Source of the DNA: a virus | Taxonomy: Duplodnaviria > Caudoviricetes | Reading direction: 5' to 3' (one strand) | DNA length: 64,000 nucleotides | Virus record (IMG/VR): IMGVR_UViG_3300005512_000010 | Coordinates: 1 to 64,000 of that record | Shown here: positions 56,922 to 64,000 of the stretch, one piece after another | Layout: every line of letters starts with the position of its first letter | How positions within the stretch are numbered: the stretch's first letter is position 1 | Notes under the pieces: generated by a model | Database searches by the model: none | What the model was told of the DNA's origin: nothing | Seen by the model: the letters and a program-made list of their open reading frames with translations, nothing else | Translations under genes and position numbers: made by a program

Positions 56922-58746
56922 GAATAAATCAGATTCAGAACTATCTACAAGGGGGCCATCTAGCAAGTATCATGAAGTAATCTCTATCCTCGAGTCTAAT
57001 GGTTATTACTTGAAAGTAAATTTGGACTCCAAATTGACATCGTTTCACGACCTATACGAAAAGTTTTGTCCGTACAACTCTAGTACTAGATTCGTCCCGA
57101 GGGGGTTAAACTACCCCGATTGGTTCGAGTGTCTCGTGCCGGCGTCAGAAACCACCCTAGAGACGATACAGAATGAGATTCTGAGCGACGACTCGATGCT
57201 CGAACTAGACCCCGATGCCCGTGAGTTCTGCCTCCCTCTTTTCATTTACCGTTCCGGACGATCAAGCGAAGTTACCGATTTCATCTTGGGGTTTGAAAAT
57301 CATAAAGCCCTGATGCATAAGAAACAAGGAGGGGGGACTTATCACATGGGGATTGCACATTCCCCTGAGTCAGTGAAAGACGCGTTCTTATCCGGTACGG
57401 TGGAAGGAGTTTACTCCTACGTTCCAGAGGTTTCTTGGTTCAGTAAGAGTGTTCAAGAACTGAAGTTTGAAGACATCATTACCATATTTCCCCCTGCAGA
57501 GGCGGAGATGATCAAGCTGATTATCGGTAGGGCTTGTGTCGGTAGGACAGGAGCAGTGCATCCTGGTAAGACTGAGCCTCTTAAGCATTCGTTCAGGAAA
57601 GCCGGGGTCGTGGTAGGAGAAACGGGTGTGGGGAAATCTACTATCTTAAATGGTATCAGAGAGGCCATGAAGTACTGCGGGTATACAGTTACGAGTATGG
57701 GCGACTTGAGTTCCAGGTTCAATCAGGGGTCGGTGATAAGTTCGCATTTGGCCTATAACGACGATCTGACTCAGAGCTCTCTGGAGAAGATGCTTACAGC
57801 TCCTAGCTTTAAATCCATCGTTACAGGCGGGACGGAGAAGGTAGAAAACAAAGGAACCGATGCCATTGAAGTTGTATCGAATACCGTGATACTGGCCAAT
57901 GCCAATGATGTGAGATCAGAGATTTCCTACGTCTTAGATTCCGGAGCTATTAGTAGATTAGCTTTGTTATCGACTTATCGTAAATACGAGCAGCAAGATA
58001 TGTCTGAGCAGGCAGGTAGAGATATTCACCCCATCGCTAATATTAAATACCTCATGAAAAAACATGATGTGGATGAGATTACCTTGTTCACCCGAGTACT
58101 CCGGCACTGCACCGATGCGTTCCTTGAGCAGGTAGAGTCTGGCACTAATATTCATTCAAAAAGCGAAGATTTGCTGCCTTATTTTAGGTTTCAAACTCAT
58201 AAAAATTCTCTGGAATGCTTTATAAGGTTTTGTTTCCTTTCCTTCGCTATAAGAGACATGAAAGGACAGGGAGATTATTTGCCAGAATTAACCTTGGGCT
58301 CTCTGGCTACTATCCTCGAGTCTACCAGATTTATTATGATCGATATGAAGGCTAATAATCTAAGAAAAAATATGAAACAGAATTGGGAGGATCAAAAACG
58401 TGACCTGGACCATCCCTACTGGGCACAGAGAAAGATGTTGATTAGTAGTATTGACAAATCCTACGAAGTATTCAATGCACATAAGACGGATAAAGATCTT
58501 GCTTTAGCCACTGAACACGTCTTTAGTGCGTTAACTCTTAGGGACGGATTTAGTATGTCAAAAAAGATGTCGCATATTGTGAGAACTTGGGAGATGGTAA
58601 AGGGGGAAAAGAGGGGTATTTACCGACTTGCCAACGACCTCATGGGGACCCTGTCTCAAGAGGAAGCGGATTATGTCACAGATAAATCGAAGCGTTGCGA
58701 TGCGAACTGGATTTACGGATCCAAGTACGACCCTAAGAGCTTGTGA
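56908..58746 (+). CDS. D5/P4-like SF3 helicase
   Basis: GETGVGKST Walker A, LAYNDD Walker B, KSIVTGG...VENKG, VILANAN motif C. Confidence 0.75.
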   Translation: MPKGKNKSDSELSTRGPSSKYHEVISILESNGYYLKVNLDSKLTSFHDLYEKFCPYNSSTRFVPRGLNYPDWFECLVPASETTLETIQNEILSDDSMLELDPDAREFCLPLFIYRSGRSSEVTDFILGFENHKALMHKKQGGGTYHMGIAHSPESVKDAFLSGTVEGVYSYVPEVSWFSKSVQELKFEDIITIFPPAEAEMIKLIIGRACVGRTGAVHPGKTEPLKHSFRKAGVVVGETGVGKSTILNGIREAMKYCGYTVTSMGDLSSRFNQGSVISSHLAYNDDLTQSSLEKMLTAPSFKSIVTGGTEKVENKGTDAIEVVSNTVILANANDVRSEISYVLDSGAISRLALLSTYRKYEQQDMSEQAGRDIHPIANIKYLMKKHDVDEITLFTRVLRHCTDAFLEQVESGTNIHSKSEDLLPYFRFQTHKNSLECFIRFCFLSFAIRDMKGQGDYLPELTLGSLATILESTRFIMIDMKANNLRKNMKQNWEDQKRDLDHPYWAQRKMLISSIDKSYEVFNAHKTDKDLALATEHVFSALTLRDGFSMSKKMSHIVRTWEMVKGEKRGIYRLANDLMGTLSQEEADYVTDKSKRCDANWIYGSKYDPKSL

Positions 58747-58750
58747 TAGA

Positions 58751-59752
58751 ATGGGAGGAAAACTACCAACCCCCGTGGCCACCATCTCCCTGGACTACGA
58801 ACACTGGGACCATAAGCCCAGTACTACTCTGCAGTACAAAGATCAATGCGATAAGTACGGAAATCCTAAGACCGAGGTGAGAGTTCTAGGGTCTCGTTTG
58901 GGTACCGAGACGGCTGAAGTAACACCTAAGAGGTTGGCTAAGGCGATCGTTCAGGGACGTACCTGGTCTCCTTTCGTCTTCAATGTGTGCCCGGATTGGA
59001 AGAGGAGGAGGAGAGTGGAAGGTTTGTTCTCTAGCTGCCAAGTGTTAGGAGTAGACTACGATGACGGAGATAGTATGGAGGAGATTATCACCCAGGCATC
59101 TCAGATCGGAATAAAGTTCAATATATTACATCACTCTTTCTCTAGCACCCCGGAGCATCCTAAGTTCAGAGGTATCATATTCCTCTCCGAAGAGGTTACA
59201 GACCTTAAGAAAGCGAAGATCTTGGCCACTGGACTGGCCCATTCTCTGGGAGGTGATACATCATGCGTAGATACTGCCCGAATGTATTTCGGCTCTACTC
59301 CTGACTCGATAGTGTATCTCGACAACGATGTTATCACTGAGACAGGTGACTTAAAGAAAATAGCGGACTCAGTAGAAGCAGTGAAACATATAACTTCGTA
59401 CAATCCTGTGCCTAAAGACCACGATCCGGACTGGGGAACTCTTGAGGATCAGAGAAAAATATGGAACAAGCTGACCCCGGGAAAGCGGAGTTTTGTAAAA
59501 AGAAAGATTCTAGGGATTCTAAGAGAAATAGAACAGTTTGACGGATCGAACGGTGGAAGCAGGTATGAGTGTGTTTGGAAACGTACGAGCAGAATTGCCA
59601 GGATGCCCGAGACTGTGGGTAATGTAGTAAGAGAATGGGTTCTTGAAAGAATTAGCAATAACCCTTACTTCGATGATTGGGATAAAGACGCAGATTCTAT
59701 AATCCGGAATGCGATAGCCTGGAGTTTCGACCACTCCGAGCCCCCTGTCTAG
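58751..59752 (+). CDS. AEP-type primase/primase-polymerase-like protein
   Basis: VLGVDYDDG (motif I), HHSFSS..HPKFR (motif II), DTSCVDTARMYFG (motif III). Start reassigned to ATG 58751. Confidence 0.7.
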   Translation: MGGKLPTPVATISLDYEHWDHKPSTTLQYKDQCDKYGNPKTEVRVLGSRLGTETAEVTPKRLAKAIVQGRTWSPFVFNVCPDWKRRRRVEGLFSSCQVLGVDYDDGDSMEEIITQASQIGIKFNILHHSFSSTPEHPKFRGIIFLSEEVTDLKKAKILATGLAHSLGGDTSCVDTARMYFGSTPDSIVYLDNDVITETGDLKKIADSVEAVKHITSYNPVPKDHDPDWGTLEDQRKIWNKLTPGKRSFVKRKILGILREIEQFDGSNGGSRYECVWKRTSRIARMPETVGNVVREWVLERISNNPYFDDWDKDADSIIRNAIAWSFDHSEPPV

Positions 59753-59765
59753 TTGAAAGCATAGT
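59752..59765 (+). promoter_or_regulatory. Conserved phage promoter motif
   Basis: GTTGAAAGCATAGT, 34 nt before ATG 59786. Confidence 0.8.
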
Positions 59766-59785
59766 GAGAGTGAGACTTTCTATCC

Positions 59786-61492
59786 ATGGGTTTACCCCCA
59801 CAAGTAAATGAAAGGATCTCTAGCTTCAAATCAAGTACAGGTTCGACGTCACGAGGTGAGAACTATTCCGTACTCAAAAAGCTAGAGAGCATTGAGTTCG
59901 TCGACGGTACGTCTGGCGGGATGACTCCTGCCGTTGCATATATACAATACTGGACCAGAAATGGAGTTGCAAGAAGAAAACTAAGAGATGCCGCAGGGAG
60001 TGTTTTTTCTCTCCCCCCTGATAAATTATCCGAGTTAACTGAGCAGTTTAAGGGAGCATTTGAGAAACCTGTAAGCGAGAGTAATATAGATTACTTTGAC
60101 CCTGACATCGAAATACCCCCATTCACCTCAGTACCAGAGAACCTAGAGATCGCTGAGTTCCGCCCGCCTGTAGATCTGCAAAAGGGGACTGAGAATACCT
60201 TTGCTCTCCCCTCCGAACCCCTTGAAGGCGGAATATACGGTGCTAATCCGGTGTCTAATTACACTGACATGGAGACTTCCGCAGTGTGGACGTTCATGTT
60301 TAATCCGGAAGAGCTTGAATTATCCTCTGGACCAGATTACAATAGAGCGGAGGCATGGGGAGTGTCCGATCCGGCGAATGAAGGTCAGCCGCTTTCCTGG
60401 AAAGCTAACAGGAATAGGAAGTTATCTTTCGGAAAGGTTTTATTGCACGGATATTCTCTCGGCAAGAGAGTAGATAGCCTTGAGAAGGGTCTTCAGGATC
60501 TTTTTATGGCCAGGGATGGGGAGAATGGGGCAGACGGGCCTCCTGTTCTCGAGTTTGTATGGGGAAGAAGGGTATTTGGTCCTTGTGTTATACAGGATAT
60601 CAAGGTTAGAGAGAAGGCGTGGGACGCCGGGTATCTCGTTAATGCGGAGGTATCATTCACCCTAGAGCAGGTACCAGAGTGGACGATAAATGACGGGTTT
60701 GTCGATGTCCTTCGACCTGGAAGACAACCTACCCTGAGCGATCCGACGGTTTCTAGCAGGGATTACAGGGACACGAGCACACCGGAAGAAGGAGGAGAGG
60801 GGGATCGCACACCGAAAGAAGGAGGAGAGGAGGATCTGCCTCTGGCTCTCCGCGAACCCACCACGTCTAAGTCTAAAGAGTTACAGCAGATTATAAAGAA
60901 ATGTGACAGGAATCGTGAACTTTCAAAAAAATACGGAGAGTTCCTAAAAAAAGTAAATTCCAAAGTCTGGTTAGGTTTTAATGTAAATCGCAAAAAAGTT
61001 TCTGAAGAATTTGTTAGATCTCGTGATATTGAATTTAAAGAGTTATTTAATCAATTTAAAAATTTAACTCCGGGTTCGTCAAGACTACCTAAGCAATATT
61101 CACTGCTTAATGTTAGGGATGACTTAAGAAATATATATTTAACAGAGCTTGAAGGTAGGGGGGATGATATATCACTGAAAGTAGCTATTACCTATATAGA
61201 TAAATGCAAAGCTGTTCTTAGGAAAGCTGGCACAGAGGTTAGAAAAATTGTAGACGAATATTACAAGGGAGAAGAATGCAGAGAAGCTCCCAAGAAATTG
61301 AAAGAACTGTCAGAGGCCGCTACAAAGAAGAATGAGCGTCAATTTTTATGTAAAAGTGTAAAAGAAAATGGCCCATGCAGGATCTCGATAGGAATTAATG
61401 AAATAATAACTAATCCCTGCAATAACAAAGTATTTAAGTGCTCTGTCAAAAACAGAGATCCTAAAGAACTTGTATACAAAGAGATTAAGTAA
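59786..61492 (+). CDS. Tail tube initiator / CIS-tube-like protein with variable C-terminal extension
   Basis: FMFNPEEL...RKLSFGKVLL...PPVLEFVWG...PCVIQDIKV...NAEVSFTLEQ. Confidence 0.75.
   Translation: MGLPPQVNERISSFKSSTGSTSRGENYSVLKKLESIEFVDGTSGGMTPAVAYIQYWTRNGVARRKLRDAAGSVFSLPPDKLSELTEQFKGAFEKPVSESNIDYFDPDIEIPPFTSVPENLEIAEFRPPVDLQKGTENTFALPSEPLEGGIYGANPVSNYTDMETSAVWTFMFNPEELELSSGPDYNRAEAWGVSDPANEGQPLSWKANRNRKLSFGKVLLHGYSLGKRVDSLEKGLQDLFMARDGENGADGPPVLEFVWGRRVFGPCVIQDIKVREKAWDAGYLVNAEVSFTLEQVPEWTINDGFVDVLRPGRQPTLSDPTVSSRDYRDTSTPEEGGEGDRTPKEGGEEDLPLALREPTTSKSKELQQIIKKCDRNRELSKKYGEFLKKVNSKVWLGFNVNRKKVSEEFVRSRDIEFKELFNQFKNLTPGSSRLPKQYSLLNVRDDLRNIYLTELEGRGDDISLKVAITYIDKCKAVLRKAGTEVRKIVDEYYKGEECREAPKKLKELSEAATKKNERQFLCKSVKENGPCRISIGINEIITNPCNNKVFKCSVKNRDPKELVYKEIK
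60778..60837 (+). repeat. Near-perfect 30-bp tandem duplication (TPEEGGEGDR / TPKEGGEEDL)
   Basis: Read directly from the sequence. Confidence 0.85.
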
Positions 61493-61498
61493 CGCAAT

Positions 61499-64000
61499 AT
61501 GGCAATATCTAACTTCAATCTAAACGTCCGTGCTAACACTTCCCGTGCCTTAGCCGATTTTAACAAGTTTTCCAGATCTCTGGATAACAAATTCCTCATT
61601 AGCGGGTTAAAACTCGATGTAATCCGCAGTGCTTTGAATACGATTAATAGGGATTTCCAGAGGGCTATTGGCGAGCAGGGACTGGCCAATGCCGGGTCGC
61701 TCCGAGCCGCTCAGAATCAGGCGGCTTTGTTGACTCAAACCTTCAAAGGGTTTGCATCAGAATCAGCTCTTGCGATTACTACGCAGATCGGCACAGCCCT
61801 GAACCGTGTCGCCGTCACCGCTGGCGGCACGATGAAAGATGTACAGAGGACGCTAGCAGCTACACCGTTTATTAGTACGAACCTGTCAGAAGACTTCAGG
61901 AAGCAGTTATCGATCGGGATCATGTCCGCTCAGAGAGACCTGAGGCGTGCGGGGTTAGGGGATAACTTTGGGGGTATCGCACAACAATTCTTGATGGGTC
62001 GAGCTACAGGCCTGCAACTCGTCGAGACAGGCGGAGCGATTGAATCGTTTCTCGGTGCAGAGATTATTAAACGGGCTGGGGGAGAAGGGAGGGTATATAC
62101 CCCTGAAATGAGGAGTGAAATTCTCGCAGAGATTGTAAACGATCCGGATATACAAGAGCAGTTGAAATTGATGGCGAGGCGGGCGGCCGGTTTCCGCATT
62201 GTTTTAGAAGACCTTAATACGCAGCTATTTAACACGGAATCCGGAGTCTTCGGTGCTCTTAGAAAAGTTATTGACCGAACTGGTAAGTCTACTACCATGT
62301 TCGATGAAGTTAATGAACTGGTCGAGAGCATCTTTGGTCCGGATGGGATGTTCCGGTCGATATTTAAAAGTATCGAGGAAGTTTTCGGCATAGGGGACCC
62401 TATGCGACCTTTAATAACTGCGGTCCAGTTTATCAAGGGAATGGTGGACGAGTTCACTAAATTCTTCAGTGGTCCGGTATTCAAAGACATCCTGCAGTTT
62501 TCGAAAGAAGCGCTTAGCAGGGTAGGCGATCTTTTCAAGGAAATTTATGAAACGGTTAGAGGAGCGGACTTTAGCCCTGAGAGCATTAGAGACGCTATAG
62601 GCCAGATAGGTATGTCTCTCAGGGAGTACATAAGAGAGTTTGGAGAATTCATAAGGGGGCAGGATATCAGCGATGAGTCCGGAGTTGTAGGTGGAATAGC
62701 AGGAACGCTTTTGGAAGAAGTAGGTAAGACAGCGGTAACCGTCATAAAAGAGCTGTTCTCTACTCTTGTCAATAAGGTTCCTGAGATAGCTACGCAGGTT
62801 CTCCCTGCACTGAATGAAGGCATTAATAATATCCTGACAGAAGCCTTTGGCGAGATAGGCGGTAAAATAGCAAAGATAGTCCTTAGCTTCGTTCCCGGAC
62901 CCGTCGGTGCGATCGCTAGGGCGAGTACGGCAGGTGACCTAACCGGGGGCGGTGGAAACACTCTGAGTATGCTGGCTATGGGTGGTGCAGCGCTGGCAGG
63001 TACGGGAGTAGGATCGAAACTCTTTGGAGCTGCCAGGGGTGTCGGACGCTTCGGGTACGGTGCGGCCAGAACTTTCAGATCTCGCGGAGCTAACATATAT
63101 TCCCGTACTGCTGATTTAGCATCAAGAGTAGAAGGTGGGATAAATAGTCTAAGAACTGGCTTGTTTATGGACAAGACAGACTTTCTTACAAGAAGAGTTT
63201 CCCGTCTTGCCCCGAGAAGTCGAGTCTCCATAGAAGACCCTTTGTTAAAAGAAATAGGTAGACAGACAAGAGCTTATCAGGAAAAACAAAGCCTTATGTC
63301 CGGTTTATCTCAGGGCAAGACTATGGGGTACACTGGATCCTATACTCCCCCGCCACGACAGATTCTGCCGGAGAGATATGACATTGAAGCAGGAAGATCA
63401 TATCTTCAGGGTGCTGAGAGACAAAGAACTCAGAGACTGATAGACCAGAATATTAAAGAAGCCTACAGTAAGATAGAAGCTAGAAGACTTAGTAAACTAA
63501 TTACTCTGCCTGAACGCAGGCCTAGAGGAGGAGCTATGGCTATCGGACCTGGTGTATCCGGGTTTGTAAGTGCCGTCTCCGCCCCGGGAAGATTTGTATC
63601 CAGGGTCGGGGAAAGATTCAAACCTCCGGCACCCATCGAGAGGTATAGAACTCCCTACGGAGAGACACCTGTCCAGACTCCCGGGGGAGGATATTCCTTC
63701 GCAGACTATGATGGGGAGCTAGGTGTATGGAGAAAGGGAATCAGCAGAGAGACTGCTGAGAGATACAATAGGAGGTATGGCAGAAGAGCGGTTTTAGGAA
63801 GAAGAGTCAGAAGATTCGGTAAAGCAGGTTTAATCGCTGGCGGCCTCACCGCTGTCCTAGGTGCCGCATCGCTTTTTGGTGGTCCCGGGGCTAATGCGGC
63901 TGAAACAGAGATGCCTAAGCCTGCAGCAGCGGAATCTGTAGGCGGAGTTCTTAGTGGCGGATTTGAAGGGGCGATGTTAGGCGCTTCTATCGGATCGATT
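61499..64000 (+). CDS. Tape-measure-like protein (3'-truncated by window edge)
   Basis: Missing from the ORF track. I read the frame open from ATG 61499 to the window end (MAISNFNLNVRANTSRALADFNKF...). Ala/Gly-rich and helical, with hydrophobic segments; follows the tube-like gene. Confidence 0.75.
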   Translation, partial: MAISNFNLNVRANTSRALADFNKFSRSLDNKFLISGLKLDVIRSALNTINRDFQRAIGEQGLANAGSLRAAQNQAALLTQTFKGFASESALAITTQIGTALNRVAVTAGGTMKDVQRTLAATPFISTNLSEDFRKQLSIGIMSAQRDLRRAGLGDNFGGIAQQFLMGRATGLQLVETGGAIESFLGAEIIKRAGGEGRVYTPEMRSEILAEIVNDPDIQEQLKLMARRAAGFRIVLEDLNTQLFNTESGVFGALRKVIDRTGKSTTMFDEVNELVESIFGPDGMFRSIFKSIEEVFGIGDPMRPLITAVQFIKGMVDEFTKFFSGPVFKDILQFSKEALSRVGDLFKEIYETVRGADFSPESIRDAIGQIGMSLREYIREFGEFIRGQDISDESGVVGGIAGTLLEEVGKTAVTVIKELFSTLVNKVPEIATQVLPALNEGINNILTEAFGEIGGKIAKIVLSFVPGPVGAIARASTAGDLTGGGGNTLSMLAMGGAALAGTGVGSKLFGAARGVGRFGYGAARTFRSRGANIYSRTADLASRVEGGINSLRTGLFMDKTDFLTRRVSRLAPRSRVSIEDPLLKEIGRQTRAYQEKQSLMSGLSQGKTMGYTGSYTPPPRQILPERYDIEAGRSYLQGAERQRTQRLIDQNIKEAYSKIEARRLSKLITLPERRPRGGAMAIGPGVSGFVSAVSAPGRFVSRVGERFKPPAPIERYRTPYGETPVQTPGGGYSFADYDGELGVWRKGISRETAERYNRRYGRRAVLGRRVRRFGKAGLIAGGLTAVLGAASLFGGPGANAAETEMPKPAAAESVGGVLSGGFEGAMLGASIGSI

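Noticed and set aside
3098-59765. GTTGAAAG resembles the 3' end of some CRISPR repeats
   Set aside because: Copies are single, kilobases apart and at a fixed distance from start codons. There is no repeat-spacer periodicity and no cas gene.
62909-62916. HIP1 octamer GCGATCGC
   Set aside because: Only one copy was noticed by eye, so there is no enrichment and no information on the host.
61339-63231. Minus-strand ORFs of 116-228 aa
   Set aside because: They are antisense shadows of the long open + frame from 61499. The same applies to most short track ORFs nested in large genes.
1-64000. Diversity-generating retroelement targeting a fibre
   Set aside because: No reverse transcriptase motif and no adenine-mismatched repeat pair were noticed.
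1-64000. Stop-codon reassignment
   Set aside because: Conserved enzymes are full length in the standard code, and TAG, TGA and TAA all end genes at expected places.
1-64000. tRNA or rRNA genes
   Set aside because: Intergenic gaps are short and no cloverleaf or T-loop signature was seen.

Overview
This 64 kb window is part of a large contractile-tailed (myovirus-like) phage genome, most likely a cyanophage. The host call is an inference from cyanophage-type tail-fibre repeats, a SigF-like sigma factor, a 'Mo-dependent nitrogenase C-terminal'-family gene, a DUF4278-like small gene and a cyanobacterial-type HNH. Contents: the end of a tail fibre next to a tyrosine recombinase, several very large tail/receptor-binding proteins, a baseplate/terminase operon on the minus strand, PhoH, a dNMP kinase, glycosyltransferases, class I ribonucleotide reductase, dUTPase, an exonuclease/SF3 helicase/primase set and the start of a tape-measure-like gene. 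Two signals stand out. (1) A tail fibre-recombinase locus with stacked inverted repeats built on 7-bp spacers and a 3x12-bp tandem array, suggesting site-specific exchange of the fibre tip. (2) A 14-bp motif, GTTGAAAGC-N4-T, found 15 times at gene boundaries (13 of 15 lie 29-37 nt upstream of a start codon), probably the promoter of the phage sigma factor. All product calls come from motif reading by eye; no database search was run.
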